From positions 1-35,892 of the forward strand of contig JAKZSO010000190.1 in assembly GCA_047517625.1 (NCBI GenBank): 35,892 nt of DNA, in the 5' to 3' direction. This DNA is from Alphaproteobacteria bacterium (GTDB taxonomy: Bacteria; Pseudomonadota; Alphaproteobacteria; UBA2966; CAIVPW01). The notes below the pieces were generated by a model. It was given only the letters and a program-made list of their open reading frames with translations, did not search any database and was not told the DNA's origin. The translations under genes were made by a program, and so were the position numbers. Positions 1 through 9,528 of this stretch are shown here, one piece after another (position 1 is the first letter of the stretch; each line of letters begins with the position of its first letter).

Positions 1-1107
1 GTGGATGGGCTGGGTATCGGCGGCTTGGCCGAGCCCGAAACGGTGTTGGACCTTGGCAATTCCGGTACCGGCGCCCGATTGCTGATGGGAGTCGCCGCCG
101 GCCACCCCTTTACCACGCATTTCACCGGGGACGCCTCGCTAGTGAACCGGCCGATGTCCAGGGTGGCGGAGCCATTGGCTCGCATGGGCGCCACCGTTTT
201 GTCCCGGTCCGGCGACCGTATGCCGTTGTCCGTGACCGGCGCCAGGCACCCCATCCCCATCGCCTTTGATGTCCCGGTGCCGTCCGCCCAGGTGAAATCC
301 GCGGTGCTGTTGGCCGGTCTTAGCGCCCCGGGCGAGACCTCGGTGTTTGAGGCCCAGGCCACCCGGGACCATACCGAACGCATGCTGGCCCGGTTTGGCG
401 CCAAGATCACCATGGCCCGCGAAAACGGTGGCGTCCGCGCAACGTTGGTGGGACAGCCGGAATTGGTGCCAACGGACATTACCGTTCCCGGCGACGCCTC
501 GTCCGCCGCATTCTGGCTGGTGGCGGCCACAATTATCCCGAATTCCGAGATCCGCTTAACTGGGGTCGGTATTAACCCCTTGCGTACCGGGCTTTTGGAC
601 ACGCTGATCGAAATGGGCGCCGATATTTCCCTCGAGGATGCCCGCGACGTGGGCGGCGAGCCGGTGGCGGACCTGGTCGTGAAATCGGCAAATTTGCGCG
701 CCGTTGAGGTCCCCGCCGCCCGGGCCCCGCGCATGATCGACGAATACCCGGTTCTGGCCGTCGCCGCGGCCTGCGCCGCCGGGGCCACATCGTTGCGCGG
801 ATTGGCCGAACTGCGGGTAAAAGAAAGCGACCGACTGGCTGCGATTTCGGATGGTCTCGCCGCCTGTGGTGTTGAAGCCCGGGCAACCGAAGATACCTTG
901 ACCATCATCGGCGCTGGCGGCCCACCTCCCGGGGGCGGCGCGGTCAAAACCCAATTCGATCACCGCATCGCCATGGGGTTTCTGGTGCTGGGCCTGGCAA
1001 GCACGGCTCCGGTCCAGGTGGACGACGGCGAGGCCATCGCCACCAGTTACCCGGGATTTGCCGATCATTTCGTCAGCCTGGGTGCTGATATCTCGGAGGT
1101 CTCGTGA
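1..1107 (+). CDS. aroA: 3-phosphoshikimate 1-carboxyvinyltransferase (EPSP synthase), 5' end cut by the window
   Basis: The 368-aa ORF runs from base 1. It carries EPSP-synthase-like segments (LGNSGTGARLLMG, RPMSRVAEPLARMGA, VPGDASSAAFWLVAA, LRVKESDRLAA, DHRIAMGF). Its TGA overlaps the cmk GTG (GTGA at 1104-1107). Confidence 0.9.
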   Translation: MDGLGIGGLAEPETVLDLGNSGTGARLLMGVAAGHPFTTHFTGDASLVNRPMSRVAEPLARMGATVLSRSGDRMPLSVTGARHPIPIAFDVPVPSAQVKSAVLLAGLSAPGETSVFEAQATRDHTERMLARFGAKITMARENGGVRATLVGQPELVPTDITVPGDASSAAFWLVAATIIPNSEIRLTGVGINPLRTGLLDTLIEMGADISLEDARDVGGEPVADLVVKSANLRAVEVPAARAPRMIDEYPVLAVAAACAAGATSLRGLAELRVKESDRLAAISDGLAACGVEARATEDTLTIIGAGGPPPGGGAVKTQFDHRIAMGFLVLGLASTAPVQVDDGEAIATSYPGFADHFVSLGADISEVS

Positions 1108-1739
1108 TTGTCGCGGTTGACGGCCCGGCGGCGTCCGGCAAGGGCACCTTGGCCCGGGCGTTGGCCGCGGAATTTGGTTTGGCCTATCTGGATACCGGAT
1201 CTCTGTACCGGGCGACGGCCGTGAACCTGCTACGCGATGGCATCACCGACCCCGCCGAGGATCAGGCGGCCCAGGCCGCTGACACAATCTCGGCCCAAGA
1301 CCGGGAAGATCCAACGTTGCGTTCCGAGCAGACCGGTGCACTCGCCTCCACAATCGCCGCGATGCCGGGGGTGCGGGCCTCACTTTTGGCTTTTCAGCTG
1401 AACTTTGCCGCCAATCCACCGGGCGGAGCCGCCGGCGCTGTCGTGGATGGACGCGACATCGGGACGGTCGTCCTGCCCGATGCCGACCGCAAGCTGTTCG
1501 TCACAGCGTCGCCGGAAGCCCGCGCGCACCGCCGTTTTCTGGAATTATCGGCGGCGGGAACTGATACCTCCCAGGACGCAGTACTGGCGGCGTTGCTCGA
1601 CCGCGACCGGCGCGACGTTGAGCGGGCCGCGTCGCCCCTGATTCCAGCGCCAGACGCGTACTTGCTTGACACCACCGAATTGGATATAGACGCAGCGTTC
1701 CTGGCCGCGAAAGCGTATATTTCCGGGCCAGACCGCTAA
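1104..1739 (+). CDS. cmk: cytidylate kinase
   Basis: N-terminal P-loop IVAVDGPAASGKGT followed by LDTGSLYR. The length (211 aa) and the aroA-cmk-rpsA order are typical. Confidence 0.9.
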   Translation: MIVAVDGPAASGKGTLARALAAEFGLAYLDTGSLYRATAVNLLRDGITDPAEDQAAQAADTISAQDREDPTLRSEQTGALASTIAAMPGVRASLLAFQLNFAANPPGGAAGAVVDGRDIGTVVLPDADRKLFVTASPEARAHRRFLELSAAGTDTSQDAVLAALLDRDRRDVERAASPLIPAPDAYLLDTTELDIDAAFLAAKAYISGPDR

Positions 1740-1987
1740 GGCGCGGGCCGTACGATTTAACAGGATTTGTCGCGGTGCTTTGGCGCTGTCCCGTGTGCCG
1801 TACTTGGCTTGCGCTTTTTGGGGTTCGGTAAAGCGTGGGAGGCCCTGTGCGGGCAGGGGTGCGCTTGAAAAACCTGGGAAATGGTTCCCAAACTGCGAAA
1901 TCGCGAGATTTCCTAATCCGCCGGACGCAGAAAACTTAGAGTGATCGGGATCTAGATGCATATCAACAATCAACCGGCGCGCACGCG

Positions 1988-3913
1988 ATGACGCCGTCCA
2001 TGGGCGAACAGCCTCCTACCGAAGAAAACTTCGCGGAGATGCTGGAAGAATCATTCGGGGCCAGCGATCGGCTGGAGGGGACGGTCATTTCGGGGGCCGT
2101 TGTTTCCATCGAAAATGACGTCGCTGTCATTGACGTCGGCCTGAAATCCGAAGGCCGCGTCCCCTTGAAGGAATTTGCCGACCGCGGGGCCACCGCGGAG
2201 CTAAAAATCGGCGACACCGTGGAGGTGTTCTTGGAGCGGATGGAGAATGCCCAGGGCGAGGCAGTTCTTAGCCGTGAAAAAGCCCGCCGGGAGGAATCCT
2301 GGACGGAGCTGGAAAAATCCTTCAAGGACGGTGTCCGGGTCACCGGAACGATTTTTGGCCGGGTCAAGGGCGGCTTTACGGTTGACCTGTCGGGCGCCGT
2401 GGCGTTCTTGCCCGGCAGCCAAGTCGACGTCCGTCCCGTCCGCGATGTGGGGCCGCTGATGGGCTCCGATCAGTTTTTCCAAATTCTGAAGATGGACCGC
2501 CGCCGGGGCAACATCGTTGTCTCGCGCAGGGCGGTGCTGGAGGAAACCCGCGCCAAGGCCCGCAACGAGCTGATTTCCAATCTGCACGAAGGCCAGGTGC
2601 TGGAAGGCGTGGTCAAAAACATCACCGATTACGGCGCGTTCGTGGACTTGGGCGGTATTGATGGCTTGCTCCATGTCACCGATATGGCGTGGCGCCGGGT
2701 CAATCACCCCACCGACGTGCTGTCCATTGGCGATACCGTCAAAGTCCAATTGGTTAGGGTCAATTCCGAAACCCAGCGCATCAGCCTGGGTATGAAGCAG
2801 CTGGAATCCGACCCCTGGGATGGGGTGGAAACCAAGTATCCGGTGCAAACAAAATTCAAGGGCCGGGTCACCAACATCACCGATTACGGCGCCTTTGTGG
2901 AACTTGAACCCGGCGTCGAAGGCCTGGTCCACGTTTCGGAAATGAGCTGGACCAAAAAGAACCTTCACCCCGGGCGCATCGTTTCCACCAGCCAGGAAAT
3001 CGAGGTCATGGTCCTGGATGTGGACCCGACCCGGCGCCGTATCAGCCTGGGTATCAAACAGTGCGACGAAAATCCGTGGGCTTCGTTCAGCGAAACCCAC
3101 AAAGAAGGCACCGTGATTTCAGGCGAAATTAAAAGCATCACCGAATTCGGCCTGTTCGTTGGCTTGGATGGTGGTGTGGACGGCATGGTCCACCTGTCTG
3201 ACTTGTCTTGGGAAAAACCGGGCGAACAGGCGATCAACGATTTCGAAAAAGGTGCGGTGGTCGAAGCCAAAGTCTTGGGCGTCGACGTGGAAAAAGAACG
3301 CATCAGCCTTGGAATCAAGCATCTGACCGAAGACCCTTTCGCGGCGGCCGCCGCCGTCAAAAAGGGCGACGTTGTCACCTGTACAGTGACTGCCATTCAG
3401 ACCGGCGGGATCGATGTCACTTTTAGCGAAGGCATGCGCGGGTTTATCCGCAAGGCCGACCTGGCCCGGGACCGTGGCGAACAACGGCCCGACCGCTTTG
3501 CCGTGGGCGACAAAGTAGACGCCAAGATTTCCACCATCGACGCCGCTGCCCGCAAGGTCACCTTGTCGATCAAGACCCTTGAAATCGCAACCGAAAAAGA
3601 AGCCTTGGCCCAATATGGCTCGTCAGATTCCGGCGCCAGCCTGGGCGACATTCTGGGCGCCGCTATGAAAGCCCGGGGCGACAAAACCCCAGCCAAGGCC
3701 AAAGCAGCTGACGAGGACGACGACGGCAAAAAGAAAGTGACCAAGAAAGCCGCGCCAAAGAAAGCCGCCACCAAGACCGCCAAAAACAGCGGTGGAGACG
3801 ACGACGAAGCGGCGGCCGAAAAAAAACCAAAGAAAGCTGCGGCAAAAAAGGCAGTTCCGAAAAAAGCAGCGGCGGCGGACGACAGTTCCGCCGATGCGGG
3901 TGACAGCGATTAG
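1988..3913 (+). CDS. rpsA: 30S ribosomal protein S1 with an unusual Lys/Ala/Asp-rich C-terminal extension
   Basis: Six repeated S1 OB-fold motifs are visible (for example GxVKNITDYGAFVDLGGIDGLLHVTDM and GRVTNITDYGAFVELEPGVEGLVHVSEM). The 641-aa ORF ends in a low-complexity tail of about 77 aa. The start could be ATG 1988 or ATG 2000. Confidence 0.95.
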   Translation: MTPSMGEQPPTEENFAEMLEESFGASDRLEGTVISGAVVSIENDVAVIDVGLKSEGRVPLKEFADRGATAELKIGDTVEVFLERMENAQGEAVLSREKARREESWTELEKSFKDGVRVTGTIFGRVKGGFTVDLSGAVAFLPGSQVDVRPVRDVGPLMGSDQFFQILKMDRRRGNIVVSRRAVLEETRAKARNELISNLHEGQVLEGVVKNITDYGAFVDLGGIDGLLHVTDMAWRRVNHPTDVLSIGDTVKVQLVRVNSETQRISLGMKQLESDPWDGVETKYPVQTKFKGRVTNITDYGAFVELEPGVEGLVHVSEMSWTKKNLHPGRIVSTSQEIEVMVLDVDPTRRRISLGIKQCDENPWASFSETHKEGTVISGEIKSITEFGLFVGLDGGVDGMVHLSDLSWEKPGEQAINDFEKGAVVEAKVLGVDVEKERISLGIKHLTEDPFAAAAAVKKGDVVTCTVTAIQTGGIDVTFSEGMRGFIRKADLARDRGEQRPDRFAVGDKVDAKISTIDAAARKVTLSIKTLEIATEKEALAQYGSSDSGASLGDILGAAMKARGDKTPAKAKAADEDDDGKKKVTKKAAPKKAATKTAKNSGGDDDEAAAEKKPKKAAAKKAVPKKAAAADDSSADAGDSD

Positions 3914-3927
3914 AGCATGCATGCTCT
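3912..3927. repeat. 16-bp perfect palindrome AGAGCATGCATGCTCT overlapping the rpsA stop codon (possible weak terminator or binding site)
   Basis: Read directly: AGAGCATG and its reverse complement CATGCTCT abut, and TGGTT follows. There is no strong T-tract, so terminator function is uncertain. Confidence 0.5.
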
Positions 3928-3988
3928 TGGTTCGGCGGCGGGTGAGCCTCAAACCCCTCCGCCCTCATGAAGGATTGCCCCGTCGCCC

Positions 3989-4901
3989 ATGACCTTGGAT
4001 ACCGATGCCCTCGTTGACCGCCGGCGCATAAAACGCCAGCTGGTCGTATGGCGGCTGGCAACCATCGGCGCCTTCGTGCTTTTCGCCGTTATCCTGACCT
4101 TGCGATCCGGGGCGTTGACCCCCAATGCCTATGTCGCCCAGTTGAGTGTTTCCGGCGTTCTGTTGGGGGACCGCAATCGCCTGGATGCCTTGGCTCAAGT
4201 GGCTTCGGATCCCGACATCCGCGCCTTGATCGTTCAAATAGACAGCCCCGGCGGCACCGTCGTGGCCGGGGAAGAACTGTATCTGGCAATCCGCAAGGTC
4301 GCCGAAACCAAGCCCGTGGTTGCGGTGATCGGCAACCTGGGAACCTCGGCGGGATACTTGGTGGCCCTGGGCGCGGATCAAATCCTTGCCCGTCAAAGCT
4401 CGGTCACCGGATCGATCGGCGTACTGATCCAAACGGCTGACTTTACCGAGCTATTACAGCTTTTGGGCATTTCCGCCGAAACCATCAAGAGCTCACCTTT
4501 GAAAGCGACGCCGTCGCCGGTGGAGGAACTGACGCCAGAAGCTCGGGCGGCCGCCCAAGCGGTGGTGTACGACATTTACCGGTGGGTTTGTCGACCTGGT
4601 AGCGGAACGCCGGGATATGGCGCCCCTGGAAGCCTTGCAGCTGGCCGATGGCCGTGTGTTTACCGGGCGCCAAGCCGTGGCGAGCAGTTTGGTGGACGCC
4701 ATTGGCGGCATCGATGAAGCCCGGGAATGGCTGCAAGACACCTATGGCATCGACTTGGACCTGCCGACCGTGGCCGTTGACCCGAAAAGGCGCTTCTCAC
4801 TGGCCTTTGATTTACTGTCCCTGGGGCAAAAAACGTTGTTTTGTGAAACACTTAGGCTTGACGGTCTAGTTTCGGTCTGGCACCCTGAATCGCTGCGATA
4901 G
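3989..4901 (+). pseudogene. sppA: signal peptide peptidase SppA (S49 family, 36K type), broken by a +1 frameshift near 4583-4587
   Basis: ORF 3989-4717 carries the N-terminal TM segment and the S49 core (IVQIDSPGGTV, GNLGTSAGYLVALGAD, VTGSIGV) and then turns into Arg/Gly junk after ...VVYDIYRW. ORF 4617-4901 in the next frame continues with typical SppA sequence. Reading TTT GTC GAC CTG GTA GCG GAA CGC CGG GAT ATG from 4587 gives FVDLVAERRDM APLEALQLADGRVFTGRQAV..LVDAIGG. Confidence 0.8.
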
Positions 4902-4980
4902 TGGATTTCCGGCGTTGGCGGAAACCACTCACCAAGTCTCCGCCGCACTTTGGGGCGGCCGGAGAATCGGAGCCGCGAAC

Positions 4981-5289
4981 ATGGTGAAATCAGAACTGAT
5001 CGCTCGGTTGGCGGAATCAAATCCGCATCTCTACCAGCGCGACATCGAACTCATCGTCTCGACGATTTTCGAAGAAATCTCCCGTGCCCTGGCCCGGGGT
5101 GACCGGGTGGAGTTGCGGGGCTTCGGCGCCTATTCGGTGAAGCGCCGGGCTGCCCGTCAGGCGCGCAATCCGCGGACCGGGGAAGCCGTGCACGTGAACG
5201 AAAAGCATGTGCCGTTCTTCAAGACCGGCAAAGAGCTGCGCCAGCGCCTGAACGGCCAAATGCCATCGCAAGGCCCGTCATCTAACTGA
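4981..5289 (+). CDS. ihfB: integration host factor subunit beta
   Basis: [12 protein letters not shown]...[49 protein letters not shown] is a classic IHF/HU fold sequence. I chose ATG 4981 over the longer track ORF starting at 4915. Confidence 0.9.
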   Translation: MVKSELIARLAESNPHLYQRDIELIVSTIFEEISRALARGDRVELRGFGAYSVKRRAARQARNPRTGEAVHVNEKHVPFFKTGKELRQRLNGQMPSQGPSSN

Positions 5290-5299
5290 AAGGCCCGAC

Positions 5300-5653
5300 G
5301 TGCGCCTGATTTTGTGGCTGGTGGTGTTGCCCTTGGCGGTTTATTCGGCCTTTTTCGCGGTCAACAACCGGGGCAGCCTTACCCTGGATTTCGACCCTGT
5401 CCCCTATTCCCTGGATTTGCCGATTTTCGCCGGAGTCCTGGGGGCAATCCTGATCGGTCTGATCGTCGGCGGCGTGGCGGCCTGGTTGCGCCAAGGCAAA
5501 TGGCGGCGCGAGACCCGCAAACTTCGCCGGGATGTGCGGGGCCTGGAAGCCGAATTGGAGCAAATCCGCGCCCAAGCCGCCGCCATCGCCCTGGCCGGGG
5601 TGTCCGAGGCCCAGGGCGATCCCCAGCAGATCCAGGACGAGACCGGTGGCTGA
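5300..5653 (+). CDS. LapA-like (DUF1049) inner-membrane protein
   Basis: GTG start. Two predicted TM helices are followed by a basic coiled-coil tail (RRETRKLRRDVRGLEAELEQIR). Its position directly after ihfB is usual for lapA-like genes. Confidence 0.6.
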   Translation: MRLILWLVVLPLAVYSAFFAVNNRGSLTLDFDPVPYSLDLPIFAGVLGAILIGLIVGGVAAWLRQGKWRRETRKLRRDVRGLEAELEQIRAQAAAIALAGVSEAQGDPQQIQDETGG

Positions 5654-5719
5654 AGGCCCCACGACCCGGTGAAAGCCGCGGGCGACATCGTCCAATTGGC
5701 TAAAGTCGGGGCGTGAGCC

Positions 5720-6367
5720 GTGGCCCTTGCCGCCAAAATCTGCGGCGTGAATTCAGCTGACGCCGCCCAAACAGTGGCTGTCGCCGGCCCAGCGTTCATG
5801 GGATTGGTGTTTTTCGCCAAATCCCCACGCAACGTCACCGCCTCGCAAGCGGCGGCGCTCGCCGCAATGGTGCCGCCCGCCACCCAGAAAGTTGGCGTGT
5901 TCGTGGACCCCACCGATCCCCAGTTGGAAGAAATTCTGAACGCCGTTCCCCTGGATATGATTCAGCTCCATGGTGGTGAAACACCCGATCGGGTGGGCGA
6001 AATCCGCGCCGGTTTTGGACTCAGCGTCATGAAGGCAATTGCTGTCGCAAGCGCCGGCGATTTGGCCGACATCGCTGGCTTCGAAGCGGTGGCGAATTGG
6101 TTGCTGTTCGACGCCAAAGCCCCTAAAACCATGGCCTCTGCACTTCCCGGCGGCAATGCGCTGGCCTTTGACTGGACTTTGTTGGCGGGCCGCACGTTCG
6201 CGCGCCCGTGGATGCTATCTGGAGGTCTTACCCCAGAAAACGTCGGCGCCGCGGCGGCCGCATCGGGGGCCACCACCGTCGACGTTTCGTCGGGTGTAGA
6301 GGACAAACCTGGGGTGAAGAGCCGCGCCAAGATCTTGGCGTTTCTGGCGGCGGTGGAAAAGGCTTGA
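5720..6367 (+). CDS. trpF: phosphoribosylanthranilate isomerase
   Basis: KICGV.. N-terminus, FAKSPR, VGVFVD, IQLHGGE and a 215-aa length. It lies immediately upstream of trpB-trpA. Confidence 0.9.
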   Translation: MALAAKICGVNSADAAQTVAVAGPAFMGLVFFAKSPRNVTASQAAALAAMVPPATQKVGVFVDPTDPQLEEILNAVPLDMIQLHGGETPDRVGEIRAGFGLSVMKAIAVASAGDLADIAGFEAVANWLLFDAKAPKTMASALPGGNALAFDWTLLAGRTFARPWMLSGGLTPENVGAAAAASGATTVDVSSGVEDKPGVKSRAKILAFLAAVEKA

Positions 6368-6381
6368 GGATTTCAGCGGCG

Positions 6382-7602
6382 ATGGGTGTGGCAGACAAAC
6401 CAAATACATTTCGGGGCGGCCCGGACGCCGGCGGCCATTACGGCAATTATGGCGGGCGTTTTGTCGCCGAAACCCTGATGCCGCTGATTTTGGAGTTGGA
6501 GCGGGAATACCAAGCGGCCAAAGCCGACCCGGAATTCCAGGCCGAGATCGAACGCTTGAACACCCACTATATTGGCCGCCCCAGCCCGCTCTACTTTGCC
6601 GAACGCCTGACCAAGCATTTCGGCGGCGCGAAAATTTATTTTAAGCGCGATGAGCTTAACCACACCGGCGCCCACAAGATCAACAACTGTATCGGCCAAA
6701 TATTGCTGGCGGTGCGCATGGGCCGGACCCGGATCATTGCTGAAACCGGGGCGGGCCAGCACGGGGTGGCCACCGCAACGGTCGCCGCTCTGTTCGGGCT
6801 GCCGTGCACGATCTACATGGGCGAAGTCGATATCGAACGCCAACAGCCAAACGTGTTCCGAATGAAGCTGCTGGGCGCGGAGGTGCGACCGGTTGCGTCG
6901 GGGTCCAAGACCCTCAAAGACGCCATGAACGAGGCATTGCGGGATTGGGTAACCAACGTCGCCGACACGTTCTACATCATTGGCACGGTCGCCGGTCCCC
7001 ACCCCTATCCAGCCATGGTGCGGGAATTCCAGTCGGTGATCGGCCGCGAAGCCCGGGGCCAAATGATGGCGGCCGAAGGCCGGGCGCCGGACAGCTTGGT
7101 GGCCTGTATCGGCGGTGGCTCCAACGCCATGGGGCTGTTTCACGAATTTCTGGACGACGACGATATCGATATCTACGGGGTCGAGGCCGCCGGACTTGGG
7201 GTGGACACGGATAAGCATGCCGCGTCGCTCACCGCCGGGCGGCCGGGGGTGCTGCATGGCAACCGCACTTATCTGCTGCAAGACGACGATGGCCAGATTG
7301 CGGAGGCTCACTCGATTTCGGCCGGTCTCGATTACCCCGGGATCGGGCCGGAGCACGCTTGGCTGAATGATACCGGCCGGGTCAATTACGTTTCGATCAC
7401 CGATGCCGAAGCTCTGGACGCATTCCAGCTGTGTGCAAAACTGGAGGGGATCATCCCGGCGTTGGAGCCTGCCCATGCGCTGGCCTATGTGGCCAAACTT
7501 GCGCCGCAGCAATCCAGTGACCACATCCTGTTGATGAACTTGTGCGGTCGCGGTGACAAAGACATCTTTACGGTCGCCGACGCCCTTGGCGTAGAAATTT
7601 GA
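6382..7602 (+). CDS. trpB: tryptophan synthase beta chain
   Basis: [16 protein letters not shown], the PLP-site region [14 protein letters not shown], and [12 protein letters not shown] chose ATG 6382. The track ORF from 6208 overlaps trpF and its N-terminus looks like non-coding Arg/Gly junk. Confidence 0.95.
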   Translation: MGVADKPNTFRGGPDAGGHYGNYGGRFVAETLMPLILELEREYQAAKADPEFQAEIERLNTHYIGRPSPLYFAERLTKHFGGAKIYFKRDELNHTGAHKINNCIGQILLAVRMGRTRIIAETGAGQHGVATATVAALFGLPCTIYMGEVDIERQQPNVFRMKLLGAEVRPVASGSKTLKDAMNEALRDWVTNVADTFYIIGTVAGPHPYPAMVREFQSVIGREARGQMMAAEGRAPDSLVACIGGGSNAMGLFHEFLDDDDIDIYGVEAAGLGVDTDKHAASLTAGRPGVLHGNRTYLLQDDDGQIAEAHSISAGLDYPGIGPEHAWLNDTGRVNYVSITDAEALDAFQLCAKLEGIIPALEPAHALAYVAKLAPQQSSDHILLMNLCGRGDKDIFTVADALGVEI

Positions 7603-8441
7603 CCGTGGCCGGAGGCAGCGCCCGCATCGACGCGCGGTTTGCCGCGCTGAAGGCAGAAGGCCGGGCGGGCCTGGTGATGTTTGTCACGGCGGGCGACCCC
7701 ACGGCCGAAGCCTCAGCCGAGATTCTACGGGCGTTGCCCGGCGCCGGCGCCGACGTCATTGAGTTAGGCATGGCGTTCACCGACCCCATGGCCGATGGCC
7801 CGGCGATCCAGCGCGCCAATCTGCGGGCGCTGGCGGCGGGTATAACGCTGGCCAAGACCCTGGAAATGGTCCACGAATTTCGCGACAGCGATTCCGAAAC
7901 ACCAGTGATCTTGATGGGCTACTTCAACCCCATCCACGCCTATGGAGTCGACAACTTTCTGACCGTCGCCAAGGACGCCGGAGCCGATGGCCTGATCGCC
8001 GTGGACGTGCCGCCGGAAGAGGACGCCGAGCTGTGCCTGCCGACCATGGCCGCGGGCCTGAGTTTCGTGCGCCTGGCGACGCCAACGACCGACGATCAAC
8101 GCCTGCCCCGGGTCTTGGCCAACACCTCTGGATTCTTGTATTACGTTTCCATGGCGGGCATCACCGGCGTCGGCGCCCCGGACATTGCGGCCGTGGCCGC
8201 CCAGGTGCGGCGGTTCCGGGCCAGCACGGACTTGCCCATCGCTGTCGGCTTTGGCATTCGCACCCCGGATCAGGCAGCCGCGATCGCCGGCGTTGCCGAT
8301 GCCGCAGTGGTGGGGTCGGCCCTAATTGACGTCATCGCTGAAGCCGCACCGGGCGGCACCGCCAAGGTGGTGGAGGCGGCAATTGCGCTGACCGCCGATT
8401 TGGCCGCGGGTGTCCGCCGCGCAAACAGAAACCAGTTGTGA
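7599..8441 (+). CDS. trpA: tryptophan synthase alpha chain
   Basis: [44 protein letters not shown] and [13 protein letters not shown] 7599 overlaps the trpB stop, and GTG 7605 is an alternative start. Confidence 0.9.
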   Translation: MTVAGGSARIDARFAALKAEGRAGLVMFVTAGDPTAEASAEILRALPGAGADVIELGMAFTDPMADGPAIQRANLRALAAGITLAKTLEMVHEFRDSDSETPVILMGYFNPIHAYGVDNFLTVAKDAGADGLIAVDVPPEEDAELCLPTMAAGLSFVRLATPTTDDQRLPRVLANTSGFLYYVSMAGITGVGAPDIAAVAAQVRRFRASTDLPIAVGFGIRTPDQAAAIAGVADAAVVGSALIDVIAEAAPGGTAKVVEAAIALTADLAAGVRRANRNQL

Positions 8442-8505
8442 TTCCGGTTTGGTTAAAAATGGTGCATGATCAATTAACCCTTTTCTGGAGGCACGAAATC
8501 CCAGC

Positions 8506-9528
8506 ATGAATTGGTTGACCAATTTCGTCCGGCCCAAGATCCGCGGTTTTGTGGCCAAGCGGGACGTCCCTGAAAATCTTTGGCAGAAATGCCCGTCTTG
8601 CGAAAAGATGATTTTTCACCGGGATCTGGCGGCGAACCTCCATGTTTGCCCCCACTGTGATCACCACATGCGGGTGACCCCCAGCCAACGCCTGACCAAC
8701 CTGTTCGATGACGGCGCGTACGAAATCATTCCGCTGCCTGAGGTGATCCAGGACCCGCTGAAATTCAAGGATTCGAAAAAGTATTCTGACCGCCTGAAAG
8801 ACAATCGCACCAAGACCGGCGATTCCGAAGAAGTCTGCGTCGCCGCCGGGAAAATGGGTGGCCGCGATGTGATCGTCGAGGTCCAGAACTTTTCCTTCAT
8901 GGGCGGCTCGCTGGGGTTGGCCGGTGGCGAAGCCATGCTGACCGCGGCCGGGGAAGCAGTGGCCCGGGATGCCGCCTTGGTGGTGTTCACCGCTGCTGGC
9001 GGCGCCCGCATGCAGGAAGGCATTCTGTCGTTGATGCAGATGCCAAGGACCACCATCGCCATCGCCCAGGTGCGCGAGGCAGGGCTGCCCTATTTCGTGG
9101 TCTTGACCGACCCCACCACCGGCGGCGTTACCGCGTCGTACGCCATGCTGGGGGACGTCGCCATCGCCGAGCCCAAGGCCCTGATTGGCTTTGCCGGACC
9201 CCGGGTGATCGAAAACACCATCAAAGAAAAGCTACCCGAAGGGTTCCAGCGGGCCGAATACCTGCTGGAGCACGGCATGATCGATATGGTGGTGCATCGC
9301 CAGGATTTGCGCGACACGTTGATCCGGTTGGTGAATTTGCTGCGCGGCGAGGCTGTTTCGACCCCTGCGACGGCGTCGATCGAGGGCGGGGAGGCTTTGG
9401 AAATTCCAGCGCTGCCCGTAACAGTCGAAGTCGAAACCGAGGACGGCTGGGCCGAGGTGGCACCGGCAGAAGATGCGCCCGGTGAAAGTTCCAACCAAAA
9501 TCTGGGGCTGAAGCGCGCTGCCGAGTGA
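8506..9528 (+). CDS. accD: acetyl-CoA carboxylase carboxyltransferase subunit beta
   Basis: An N-terminal Cys4 zinc ribbon ([26 protein letters not shown]) is followed by the carboxyltransferase core ([17 protein letters not shown]). Confidence 0.9.
   Translation: MNWLTNFVRPKIRGFVAKRDVPENLWQKCPSCEKMIFHRDLAANLHVCPHCDHHMRVTPSQRLTNLFDDGAYEIIPLPEVIQDPLKFKDSKKYSDRLKDNRTKTGDSEEVCVAAGKMGGRDVIVEVQNFSFMGGSLGLAGGEAMLTAAGEAVARDAALVVFTAAGGARMQEGILSLMQMPRTTIAIAQVREAGLPYFVVLTDPTTGGVTASYAMLGDVAIAEPKALIGFAGPRVIENTIKEKLPEGFQRAEYLLEHGMIDMVVHRQDLRDTLIRLVNLLRGEAVSTPATASIEGGEALEIPALPVTVEVETEDGWAEVAPAEDAPGESSNQNLGLKRAAE

Noticed and set aside
1740-1987. Small hairpins in the 250-bp rpsA leader (GGGAA-ATGG-TTCCC and GAAATC-GCGA-GATTTC) as an S1 autoregulatory element or sRNA
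   Set aside because: These are short stems that could arise by chance, and I know of no conserved motif for them. They are noted but not enough to call a feature.
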